A stretch of DNA of 64,000 nucleotides from Gnetum montanum (taxonomy: Eukaryota; Plantae; Gnetophyta), in assembly GCA_015680685.1 (NCBI GenBank), contig MNCI01001684.1, positions 214,409-278,408 of the forward strand. The letters run 5' to 3'. Below are positions 25,084 to 38,400 of this stretch, piece by piece (position 1 is the stretch's first letter; every line of letters starts with the position of its first letter). The notes under the pieces are model-generated. The model was given only the letters and a program-made list of their open reading frames with translations. It was not told the origin of the DNA and made no database searches. Both the position numbers and the translations under genes were made by a program.

Positions 25084-27870
25084 ATGGCCCTAAAACGCTC
25101 CCAGAAGAAGAGTTTGACCCAAGGAGGAGTGAAACAACCTCAGAGAGGTGGAAGGCAAGGCCCTACCAGACAACATAACGAATAGGAGGTACACTCATTT
25201 AGTATCCATCAAGAAGGACCTCCTACCAGATGATCCGAGCAGGCGGAAGGAGGAGTTGCTACGCCTGAATTGGGACAACAACTCACGGTGCCCCCGGAAT
25301 GTGTTCAGGCTATCCACACGAAGTCCACGATTGCCTCGGTGATTGTGGAACTCAACTTCGAATCTTTTATAGAGTTCGCTCCTGAGGCTGTTAGGGATCA
25401 CCTCAAAGAGTCTCCCTTATGGCCTGCCCTCTCTAAAAAAGATGCCTGGTACTTAGGAGAAACGTACCTATTTTGGCCCAATAAGGAGCAAGGCACCACG
25501 GTAAACATCGGTGGTGTGACAGTGGATTTTTCTGCACAGGCAATTTCAGAAGTGTTAAACCTTCTGAATTCAGGCCCCCATGTTGCTTAGTTATCCACCC
25601 GATCAGACCCTGATGTGCAAAAGGATTGGTTAGAAAAGGCTTATGGCAGAGATAAAACTTTTGGTGAGCTAACCACGGAAGAGAGAGTTTATTTCAAAAT
25701 CAAAACCTATCACCTCTTCCCTACAAAAGGTTTAAAAAGAATATCAACGTACGCAGCAAGAGGATGCACAATGTTGATGGGAAAGGTTAATGCTAATCTT
25801 CCCCATCTATATTTAATGGAGATCCTAAGGCGATTCGAAGAACGGAAGACAGGAAAAATGGCACTCCCTTTTCCCTACCTTATCAGAAAACTATGCCAAT
25901 GGGCTGGGATTCGGGGATATACAAATGACGTCCTTCGAAAAGCCCAAAATGCTTCTTACGCTGAATTGTTAAAGGCGCTAGCTCCAAGAAAGAGCACTGG
26001 CGAAGAGTTGGGACCAGATGAAGAAGATGATGAACAGATGGCTGGACCCCCTGCAACTTAACTTGCAGGACCCAGTCAACCTCTAGCCATAGGTCCCAGC
26101 CAACAACAAGAAGCAAGACCCAGCACAGGCCAGGATCTACCACCGCCGCAAGACTATAGACCGTCAATGAGCCATCTGAGGGCCATTGCTGAGATGGTCA
26201 GTTGGGGAAGTCGTGATGACGCCAATCTCTTCCGTGTCATCGATGATGCCAGCCAGCCTATGATTTCAGTAGATCGCACAAGGGGTGAGTTGTCAATGCA
26301 AACAGGAGGAGGGGAAAGTAGATGGTCACAACAGATCTCTAGAAATGCAACATCTTTTCAAGCGCAGTTTGAGACTGGTGAAGGGGCCACTATGGTGATC
26401 ATGCAACACCAGGATGCCATGGGAGTAGCTAAAGTGATCGCTGACCACATCAAAGAGTCTTTTAATGTACCTATTGTGCCACTGGCAGATCTTTCAGGAG
26501 CACAAGATGCTCAAACTATTGTCGGAACCTCAATGACTCATGCAGAACATGAGGATGTATTGGATAGATTGCTTCAAATAGGATAAGTTTTAACGTCTCT
26601 GTTTGACATCCCCCAGGATGTAACGGCAATTCAGTCAGACCTCATTTCAACAAAGGGGAAGCTGGTCATATCTAAAGTAAGGGCTGAGCATGCTGAGGCT
26701 GAAGTGCAAAAATTACAAGAGTAGCTCATCGCCTTACAAGCAGCATAGTGGGATCCATTGCGATTGGTTCCCGCAGACTAGTTAGATAATTTTAGAACCG
26801 AGCAACTAACAAAACTAATTGCAGAGAATAAGAAGGTGGCAGAAGAAAAGGAGACGGCCACTTGGAATGCCTCTGCAGCAAAGGCGCAAACTCATGTGCA
26901 TCTTAAGGCACTCAAGGCCTTGCAAGAAGAGAATAAGCAGTTGGTTGCAGATAACCTTCGATTGACTTCTGTGGAGAAGCAAAAGAATGTTCTCGATGAG
27001 CACTTTCATCGGCTATGAGAACAATTCATTCAAGTCAACCAAGATGTAAGCCATTTAGCCAGAGAAAATTGAACCCTCTCAATGGAGGAGGTACGCGCTG
27101 TTCGATAGAAATCAGCCATCGAGATTAGTGCGTGGCAGAATGAGGCTAAACGACATGAGAAGCTGAAGGAGCATTTCCGTGATTAGATGGGGATGTACAA
27201 ACAAATCCTGGAGAAGGAGATCCATATGGCCAAAGCTCAAATCAACAGCATCAGTGCTCAGCACACTGATTGGGGGGACATATTGGACACTTATGCCTAT
27301 GCCCACCAAGTGGAAATTAAGAACCGGGACCTGCAGATCCAAGACTTAACTGAATACATGGAGTTGGCAAACCTTCGATATGCCAACCTGGCCATGTTAA
27401 CAGCAGGGCGCCTAAGGTCAGAGCTCGAGCAGTAGGTAGCTTCCACCCACATCAAATATGAAGTAGAATTTGCAAAGCGAAAGAAGTTGGTTGAAAAACT
27501 AGATGTTGCAAATTCTGAACTCGTAGTGGTAAAATAAAGCTACCAAGGATAGAAAGATGTGGCAACCGACTTGGCTCGACGACTGATAGAACTTCATGAA
27601 TACAAAGACAGAGCCAAAGCCTACGAAGAGGAACGACGGGTGTTCGTGGCATGGTACGTCAAAGCTAATCAGATGTTCCCGCAACTACCCTATCCGTGGG
27701 AAGTGTCGACTCCATCAAACATAGGAGCATCAGCATGGACGACACAAGACCCTTGGATTGAAGAGGAGAAGCTCCAGGCTATTCTTCAGTGTCATCAACC
27801 TTCAAATCTTAGAGCACGTGACAAAGGGAAAGCACCCATAGAGGAGCCACCACCACCAGGAACTACATGA
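25084..27870 (+). pseudogene. Athila accessory ('env-like'/Transposase_32-type) ORF with long coiled coil, ~929 codons in a single frame with in-frame stops
   Basis: Preceded by an acceptor-like TTGCAG; VNIGGVTVDFSAQAISEVL...NLPHLYLMEI...LPFPYLIRKLC; ORFs starting 25270, 25615, 26167, 26836, 27187, 27559 share the frame of ATG 25084. Confidence 0.82.
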
Positions 27871-28041
27871 GTTCCACATTTTTGTAGTTGTAGCATTTTT
27901 TCTCTGTGTTGTATCTTCCCACACTGCGGCATTAGTCCATTTCTTTTTCCAGTTAATAATCCCATACCTATCCACTATGTAATCACTGAAGCTTGTTCTT
28001 CTTGTAACTTGAGGACAAGTTTTTATTCAGTCGTGGGGGTA

Positions 28042-29047
28042 TGATGAGACGCGGTTTGCACAGGCCGCAATATCGCATACGTGATATCGCATCCCCTGCG
28101 ATATCACATATGCGATATCGCGTCCTTCCCTACGATATCATGTACATGATATCATAGTCTGCCACCATGTCTATAAATAAGAGGTAGCTCTCCCTTGTTT
28201 GGGGATCCTAGTTTTAGAGTAGCAAAGCTCTGGTAGTTTGATCCCTCCAGAGTTAGAATTTTTTCCGTGTCTACCCGCAGTGTGGTGAATGTAATTGTAC
28301 GGTGTCTTTATTCGAGTGTGTCATACTTGGACACGCACATGACCAGCAATAAAGATCGAGATTACTTCATCATTGCAGCATTCACTTAGTTTATTTATTT
28401 GTTATTTATTTAATGTTATTTATTGCTTTCATAGAGCGGTGTGAGTACGACTTGACTACGAGCATCTACGGGTGTGTACGGCTAGTTAAGGAATCAGTTA
28501 TTCATCGCGATTAGTTTCTCACCCTTGAACTTCTAGAAGCAGAACAAGTACAACTTGATTACGAGCATTTAAGTGTGACTGCTTGGTAGCCCAGTGGTGT
28601 AGTTAGGGGGATCTACACTTGGTAACCCAGTGGCATATTTGGGGTCTGCGCTTGGTAATCCCAGTGGCGTACCTAGGCCTATGCTTGGTAGTCCCAGTGG
28701 CAGTCGTGCACGAAGTCCAAGATGTGTACGGTTGATCAAGTAATTGGTTTCTCGTCGTACTTAGGCTAGATTAGATTTTCTTACCCTTTTCCTCTTAGCT
28801 TAGAATTAGTTAATATTATTTTCCACTGCCATCAGGAGTAGCATTAGAATTAGAACACATCATACACCTCATCTAGACTAAACCATACGTGACATATGCA
28901 AAACTAGTCTAGGTGGGGAGACAGCGAACTGTAACCTAAGGCTAACTGTCTAGGTGCTACAACTAGTCCATCTGTGGAGTTCGACCGGATCGCATGTGCG
29001 ACACTCATTTTGTATGGTTGAGTGTAGGGGTACCTCACCACTCATCA
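28042..29047 (+). repeat. Athila 3' LTR (1006 bp)
   Basis: Matches the 5' LTR plus ~46 bp of extra GATATC repeats. Confidence 0.95.
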
Positions 29048-30127
29048 CTAAAGTATTTTGTTAAATTTTTTAATTTTTTTTATTACTATTGGAGCGTATT
29101 CATAAAATTTCTATATATTTAATGATTAAATGTTAAAATCTAACTACCCCTAGAAGTTTTTCTTTTTTTCATTTATCATGCCTTTACAAGTATTTTAATA
29201 TGCATATTTTATTCTTTATGCATATTTATTTTTTATTACGCATATTTAGCTATGCATATTTTATTCTCTAGCATGCACATGTGATTATATAATACTTTGT
29301 TCACAAAGCATTTTGGATCCTAACCCTACCTAGGCCATACCCTCTATCACTTTTTGTCATTAAACAAGAATTTGGAGGTTATTTTTAATTAGAGTTAAAC
29401 ATTAAATAAATCAGATTTGTTAAAAAAGTACCTTAGGATGGTGGTCTATCTAGAATTTGACCTTATCGATGTGTCTAGGACATTCAAAAATATTAGTTTT
29501 GATTCTTAATTCACTATAAATAGAGTTATGATTCTCAAGATATCACATTTTTAGTTTTCTGAAAACCTTCTAAAAGTTTTGATATTTAAAATGTATAGCT
29601 ATGATGAGTAATGCTAAGATATAATTTTAGAAGATTGATGTGTAGTGCACTTGATAAGGATCTTGTAGGATCAAATGAAATTTCTTTTGAAGTCTATATG
29701 TGACTGTTATGGGGCTTTGAACCTTAAGAGTATGAGTTGGTAGGAAAAATTTAAAAATGAGCTTATGGAAAATATTTATTAAAAAATTAATTAAAAATTA
29801 AATTATGAAAAAAGTAAGTCAATTTTACTTCACATGAAGTAAGACGGTTCAAAAAAGGATAAAGATAAATGTATAAAGTATGTGTATATACTATACACAT
29901 AACATATGTATATGATACACAACACATTTTCCACCACCACATGCATGTACATGAGGTTTTTGCTATTTTTTATAAAAAGAAATCATTTCCCATCTAGTTT
30001 CTCTATTTTAAGGCCATTTTTAGTCCAATTTCTTTCATTTATATACATGTATCAACCATGTGTCATGATTCATGCAATTCCTTAGCTTATAAACACATTT
30101 TCTCTTTCAGTTATAGATCACAGAAAG

Positions 30128-30270
30128 TGTTGATGAAAGGATTTTGGTCACACAACAACACCCTTGGAAAACTTGTTTAAATAGACTCTTAACTAAGGAG
30201 TCTTCCATATGGGTAAGGAAACCTAGAAATAATCTCAGTTGGTTAGGGCAAAATGGTATTTAAAATTTTT
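30128..30270 (-). repeat. Degenerate LTR end related to the tRNA-Asn Tat family
   Basis: TGTTGATG...ACAACACC...GAAACCTAGAAATAATCTCAGTTGG resembles 43661-43790 and 50558-50690. Confidence 0.5.
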
Positions 30271-33200
30271 AAAGAACAACTCTTTGGAATCAACTTTATG
30301 TAAAAATGATCTCCTAAATTATTATGATATTAATGATAATTCATAATTGCAATTAAAGTAAGAGTGCTAAACAAGTTTTAAATTAAAAAATAGATTAACA
30401 TAAATTGGCTAAAAATAAACTAATGCTGAATCTAAATAGAACCAAAGTAATATAGATAATTTTGGACAAAAGAATAGAATATCAAATGAAAACAAATTTT
30501 ATTAGAAGACACTTATGCTAAAGCTCACCAAAGTTCATAATAGTTTAGCAAATTAATTAAAACTAAAATTTTCAGACAAATGAAGATTCAGTAAGATTAG
30601 AATCAAATTAAAGCCACTTAGCTCAAGATTAAGCTTTGTATATCCTTTGCAAGACAAATCGCAGCTTGAATAAGCTTACCTACATGCCCTTCCAATTGAG
30701 ACCTCTAGCAAACTAGAAAAAACTTATTTATTAAGATACAAATATATTTTTATTCTAGGACTATTGGACCTCTAGTAAACTAGAAAAAACTTGTTTATTA
30801 AGATACATCACATAGTTTAGATCCTCTTCTTCAACTTAAAGGGATCTGAAGTAGTCAAGGAAACTAATAAATAGGGAAGCAACATCAAAAAATGAAATTT
30901 TAACTTTATCAAGATTAGATAACAACTCTAGGTTATGTACATCAAATAGAAAAAACTAGAAAGATGAAGAACTCCAAACCCTACACTTTGTATTCCTACT
31001 CTGCTCCCTTTTTTTTGTCTTCCCAACTATCTTATTCCTCCAGCTTTTGGAGTCTGGCTCCACCAACTATTCACATTCATTGGTCTTATTGCATCCTTCA
31101 TCCCATTGTATCCTGCACACAAACTATAATACCCTACCCCACTAAACCTAGCTAGGGCAAAATGATGCCTAGGATTACTAGTAATACCACAACAAAAGCA
31201 TGAAAAACTAAAAACTTATGATGTGTAGAAATATGTTATATTAAGGTCAAATTGCACATAAATCCATGCCAAACCAAAAACTAAACATACATTTCGATAT
31301 ATAAAAATGCATGTCTCTACATAAATCATATATTTGCACTACTCTTCTAAGAGAAAAAAACACATAAACATCATCATCATATCATATATAAGAGTACATA
31401 GAGTTTCATACAAATGTAAGTAGTTCATACAACTACACATGGAAATAAAAATTAACCAATCCTTGAAGATTTTTCCCTTCTCTACTCTCTCTCTTTCTTA
31501 GTCCTCATTTGTGCTCCTATAGCCTCCACCTATAACTAAATATAGTCAGTATAAAACTAAGTAGAAAGCCTTTACACTTCCCTTGGTAGATGGTCAACAA
31601 GTGCTACACTAGAGGAGAGAAGTGGGATGCAAGGAAACTTGCATCACCTATTAGTCTTGTGCATGCTAAGAGCAACACATGTACACACACCATATCACAC
31701 ATAACATTGGCATAATCATTATCAAAGAAAATAGATGGCTATCATACAATCATAGATAAAACCATTGTCAAACATAATCTATCATATATCTTTTACACCA
31801 CATCACATGCATTTCCACTATCATGTCCATGTCATCATACCTACTCCATACCATTAAACAACCCATGACCCACTTAACCATAATCCAATCATTATATACA
31901 TTATCACCACCATGACTCACAAATCAATGCTATCATACATGCAACCTAGGTGGTCACTAACATATTCACACTTAGTGTATCATGTGAAACATTTCCATGA
32001 GCACTCGTAAATAGCCATTAGCTATAGGTCTTTTATTAGTCTTTTATTTATCAAATTGGTGTTAGGGTCCATCAACCTATTACCCACAATTACCATCCTT
32101 ATGAAGGATTGGCTATAGGGACAAACACACCTATGTCATGCACTAGTTGTAGGGACAAACACATCTACACTCTCCCACTTTAGGATAAGGTCTGAGATAG
32201 GAGCCTTAGTAATACATCATAGTGGAGGTCAATTCACAACTACCTCTAGGGTGCCTCATCACCAATCGGTCCACACCCTAATGCTAGCACCACTTGCTAA
32301 TGACAATTACAAATTTCATTACAAAGACATGTATAAGTCCAAGCTAGCTTAAGCCAACACATGTCACAAGCATAACACATTCAGAAAAAAAAAGCATAAT
32401 AGGACCACCTATATCCACACTTAACAATCACATTCATTTCATGAAATAATACCACTATTTAACAAAACAAAATTTTGTACTACCACCGTATTTCTTGAAC
32501 TATGTGTAATTCCACAAAAATGACCTCTATAATAACCATTAAAATGATATATGCCCAAAGAAAAAATCAATTTCAAAGTTAGAAAGTACTTCCTAAGACG
32601 ATCCCAATGACACTAATTTCATCTAAATCAGACTCCTGGAAGAAAAGTTATGCACATGCCACATTAGGCCCTTAAAATATAATATTTCAACTATGCTAGT
32701 CTCATCAACATCACATATCATATTCTAGAAATCCACACCATACCATACATCACATATTTATTAATAAACAATTCACAACCAAAACCCTAAAAATTTGATG
32801 AATATGCAAAACAACATGTCCAAGGTCAATCTTTCAACTCTCTACCCCTCATGCCAACATCACTTGATCATTTACACTAATACAACATAAAAATTCAGGA
32901 AAAAGGCAAAGACAACCCACCAATTAAAATTGTTGTGACAAAAAGTCCAAAACAAGCATAAAATCCTCAAAAATGTAGTAAAACTCTATTTCCCTCAAAA
33001 AAAGGTTTTATTCCTAGTTAAATATGATCATAGCAATCCCAAATCTAGGTTCAAAGTAATCAAAAATCATCCACAAAGCTTAAAATTTTAGAAAAAGGAT
33101 GAAACCATGAAAGAAAATGAAGGAAAAATGAAGGAGAAGGAACTACATATTCATTTCTATTATGGGAAATCCCAAAATCCAAATTTTCGATACATAGGAG

Positions 33201-33949
33201 GTGGTGCAAAGAAGGTGGTAGAAAAGGAAAGAAAAAAGAAATAAAATGACCATGGAAAGGCATGGGTGGCAACGTTATAATTTATACTTTATGCATAAGC
33301 ATAATGCTTATTAGTTACTATTTCACATTGCCTTCTTTTATCTTTTGCATGTCACATGTAATACCCACCTTTTAATTTTACCTTTTCATTAAAACTAAAC
33401 ACTTTTTTTATAATTTTATTTCTTTTATTTCATAGAAATAAATCCTTGCATTTCAATTATGCATAACAAACATGCTAGGACTCCAAATTAAAATATGTTT
33501 GAACCTACACGGTTCCTAACAAATGATCTACACATACATATGCTAAAATCATGTTCAAACACCACACAACATAGGCTAAAATTCAAATTTATAAGTACTA
33601 AAATTACATATAAAGCATAAATACATATCAAATAGGTGCTCTTGTACTACAACCCAACATCCTTTCCAACAACATCACCTATCTAACACATCACATAGGG
33701 CTAGTGTACATAATCACAATAGTTAAGCATGTACAGATATCATAATCATAACATATAAAGTGAAATTAAAATAAACTAAATCATCCCCTATAACCCACTA
33801 ATACAACACACATAATGTATAAATTGTAATTGTATGGCCATGCCTAATGTGTTTGAAAGGGATGTAACATTCTCTCCTAATTGTATGGCCATGCCTAATG
33901 TGTTTGAAAGGGATGTAACACTCTCTCCTCCTTGAGAATCTTCCGCTTG

Positions 33950-36900
33950 GAAGATCTCAAGATGAGCTATGCACATCTCAGTCTTCACTTCCCAAGTGGC
34001 CTCTAAAGCTCCATGTCTAATCCATAAAATTATGACCAAAGGCACAACTTTACTATGCAGTTGTCACAACATATGATTAAGAATCTCTACTGGCTATTCA
34101 ACATAACTAACATTAGACTTTAGTTGTATCCCTGATGATCAATAACATGATGTTCATTGGGCACACAATGTCATAACATAGATACATGAAACACATCATG
34201 TACATGTGCTAAATGAGGAGGTAAGGCTATTCAATATGCCACTCTCCCAATCCTCTATAACACCTAAAAAGGACCAATGTATCTAGGAGCCAATTTCTCT
34301 TTTTGGCCAAATTGGGTAAGACCTTTCAAGGAAGAAACATGAGGAAACACATAATCTTTGACCATAAACTCTAGTGACCTTTGACACCAATTGGCATATT
34401 CCACTTTCCTATCTTTTTCAACTCTTCTATTTCAAATCTCACGGACCTACTCCATAGTTTATCTCACCAAATCTATCCTCACCTACTAATGATCTTCTAT
34501 GGTATCCCAACATAAAGATGTTCTACATGGCCTACCACATAAAATCTCATATGTTGTTGCTCATAAACTCTTCTGATAACTATTCTTATATGCAAATTTA
34601 GCTAATCATAGCATTCAATCCTAGCCTTCTTTATATTGCAAAGCATAGGCTCTCAATAGGTCCTTGAGAATTTGATTCACCCATTTAGTTTGACCATTAG
34701 TTTGTGGATGATATGCCAAATTCATATCTAACTTTGTACCCATATCCTTTTGAAATTCCTACTAAAAATGTGACATGAATTGAGCATCTCTATCACTAAT
34801 AATCCATCATGGCACACCATGCAACTACACTATCTCTACAAGAAAAAGATGTGCAGTTTTTACTACACTCACCAATGCTTGTGTGTTAAGGAAATGGATA
34901 GACTTTGTTAACAAATCAAAAACTACTAATATAGTATCATGGATACTATAAGCCTACAAAAGATCAATAATGAAATCCATGCCAATGGCATCCCATTTCG
35001 GTTGAGGAATATCATGAGAATGCAAATATCCCTTAGGCATTTGATGCTTTATCTTCACTTGTTCACAAATTAAACATCAAGATACATATACTCCTACATT
35101 TTTCTTCATATTGGGCCACTAATACATTTCTTGTAAACTATAGTACATATTTTGACTACCTAGATGCATTTAGTATCTGCTCATGTGGGCCTCATCCATT
35201 AACTATATTCACAGAGCTTTTGGAACAAGTACTTAAGCATCCCTTCATAACACTCCATGTTTCTCCATAGAGAGTGGTCCATCAAAGGTGATTTGTTGTC
35301 TCTATTCTTGACACCATGGATCATGTCATTGTTTCTCTCACATATGCTTCTACAAATTTGATTGGATTGTCAAGTTATTAAGCTTACTCATCATCCTACT
35401 CAATGTGTTAGCTACTTTATTAGTCTTGATAGGCCTATATTTAATAGTGAAATAAAATTCAACAGGAAGCTCCACCCACCTACATTATTGTAGGTTTAAC
35501 TATAGCTAAGTTATAAGATATTATAGGATCTTATGATCAATTGAAATAGTAACATGCTTTACATATAAATAATGCCACCAAATATTCAATGAAAATATCA
35601 CAACACCCAACTCTAGATCATGCATGGGATATCTAGTTTCATGTGGCCTTAATTGATGGGATGCATAAGGCACAACCTAACCATCCTACATCAACACATA
35701 ACCAAATCCATCCCTTGAAGCATTAGTACTAACATCATATGGATTTCTTGGTGTAGAAGATATTAGCACTAGAGTAATCACCATTCTATGGTTCAACTCT
35801 TGAAATTTAGCTTGACAAGCTAGGCTCTAAGTAAAGTTAGTCTCCTTCCTAAAAAATTGAGTTAAAAGAGATGTTATGCAAGAAAAATATGCTATAAACC
35901 TACAGTAATATCCTACTAATCCCAAGAAGCTTCACATCTCCATTACTGATTACAACATAAGTCAGTCATGAATGAATTTAATCTTTGCAAGATCCATAGA
36001 TATACTAGCTTGTAACACCACATGTCCCAAGAATTAAATCTCTAATTGTCAAAATGAATAATTTGATGGTTGATCATACATTTGGTAGTCCCTCAAAGTT
36101 TTTAAGATTGTCTGCAAGTTTTTTACATGCAACTACTCATTAGGAGAATATACCAAAATATCATCTATAAATACAATCATAAATTGATCTCATAATAATT
36201 GCATCACACTATTCATGAGGTGCATGAAAACTGTTGTTGCATTTGTCAACCCAAATGAAAGCACCAGAAACTCACAATGACCATATCAGATTCTAAATTT
36301 TTTCTTTAACACATATTGTTTATGAACCCACACTTGATGATACCCAAACTTGAGATCAATCTTTAAGAATACTTGAGCTTCTTGAAGTTGATCAAACAAG
36401 TCATAAATGCATGGAAAATGATATTTATGTTTTATTGTCACTTGGTTTAGTTGTTTGTTACTTATGCATAGATGCAAACTCCCACCCTTCTTTTTAATAA
36501 ATATCACTAGTGCATCCCATGATTATACACTAGGTCAAATGAGGCCTTTGGCCAACAATTCTTATAGCTAAATCTTTAGCTCTACTAGATCTACAAGAGA
36601 CATCCTATGTGAAGCCTTTGAAATAGGCTCTGTACCATGTTTAAGTTTGATTTTGAACTCAATCTCTTGCCTTGATGAAAAACTTGATAATTCTAATTGG
36701 AAAACATTAGAAAATTCTTGAACTATAGGAATTTGATCTATCTCCATCATATTTGTTTTATATATAGTAGCCACAAAGCATTCATGCCCTTTTTGAAGCA
36801 TCGTATGATACATCCAAGAGGAGATCAAATCTAGACAAACAATCTGTAGATGATTTTATATCTCAATCAAAGCAACATCAACTAACTATAGTCTTAGGAG

Positions 36901-38400
36901 ATTTTGCCAATAGTCCAAATTAGCATTGAACTATGATAACTAATCCATCCTCAAAATTACATCATATACCTCAAGATCCATAACATGTAAATCACTAAGC
37001 CACTACACACCTTTTAATTCTATTGACACACCTATACACACATGATCAACTCAAGTCTCATAACCTCCAACATAAGACACTATTATGCTAGGAGCAAGAG
37101 AATGATGTACAAGAGCTACATGATGTGTAACCATAGGATCTATGAAATAATGGCTAGCACCTAAATCAAATAAAATCAATACATCAAAGTCCAAAATCAT
37201 ACCTCCTATCTCCATCACTACATTTGGCTACACATTCAATAGTTGGATCATTAGGGAGTACACTTGTTCTTGGGTCCTCTGGTCTATACCTCTTGGTGGA
37301 GTAATAGGTGTTCCACATCCATACTAAACTAGAGGTCATTATCTTTGACATCTACCTCCTCCACTACAGCCAACCTACTTTGGGCACTCTTGAGCCTAAT
37401 GTCCTGATTGCCCACATGCAAAATAATTCTGGAAATCCCTTTGCAGATGGCTAGGTTGCCCACATATATAACAAAAAATATATCCATGACTAGTTGTAAT
37501 AGTATGACCATAAGTTGGTTTTGGATGCTCACCTTCATGTCCAAGATTTTGTTTGGAGGAGCTAAGTCTCTCTCTAGATGTCGATCCTCTCTTTTGCTCC
37601 TGTTGCTCCTCTCTACAAGCTACATCTTCTTGCTAAATCCTCTCTAAATCCATGACTACTATTCTAGCCTCATCATAGAATGCCAATATGAGGGGTAAGA
37701 TGTGATCCTTCAAAGATGATCTCAAACCTCTAACAAATTTGTTTGTCCATACTTGAGCATCTATATGCATCTATGATACATAACTACTATGCTTAGAGAA
37801 ATGAGCATCATACTCCATCATAGACTAACTACCTTGATACGAATAGTAGAACTCAACCTCCTTAGCTTGGGCACATTAGGTAGACACATAACATGCTCTA
37901 AAAGCTATAAGAAAATCATCCCATGTTAACTCTTGGCCAATCCATCCCTTGGCCTACTCTTTAGTCATCCATCAATGCTGAGTAGTACCAATCAATTGAT
38001 ATACTGCTAAGAGAGTCTACTAAATTGATGAGCAGCCCATCAAATCGAAAGCCTTTTGTAACTCCTCCAACCATTTAGTAACTATAATAGGATCTTTAGT
38101 GCCATGAAACTTATGAGGTCCCAACTTCCAAAACTACTCTACCAATTCCCTATTGATAAGTTGCCTATTTGACTCTTCTAAGCTTCCACTATCACTACCA
38201 CTTTCCACTTCCCTGACTATGGAAATGGGAGCATCACTAGCTGCAACATGCTACTATAAGATCTATAATAGCTTATTGTATAAGATTTAGTTGCCTATTT
38301 GCAAGACCACTGCTAGATGTTTGAGGAGGCTACTCTAGCCCATCATTAGGTTGTGTTGTCCTACAAGTCCCACTAGCATCATGACCACGCCTACTATTCA
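33950..38400 (-). pseudogene. Decayed gag-pol (gag, protease, RT, RH, INT, chromodomain)
   Basis: LVIILWIRHGALEATWE (chromodomain), KKKGGSLHLCI...DLFDQLQEAQVFLKIDLKFGYHQ (RT), IVQEFSNVF...IEFKI, LFDLGASHYFI (protease). Confidence 0.9.

Larger units (their letters stand above)
20155..29047 (+). mobile_element. Full-length Athila-type LTR retrotransposon, apparently non-autonomous
   Basis: LTRs TGATGAG...CTCATCA at 20155-21114 and 28042-29047; TSD CTAAA at 20150-20154 and 29048-29052; PBS and Athila-like CTTGAGGACAAG...GGGGGTA PPT. Confidence 0.95.

Noticed and set aside
25084-27870. True retroviral envelope glycoprotein
   Set aside because: No evident signal peptide or transmembrane anchor; looks like a soluble Transposase_32-type plus coiled-coil protein
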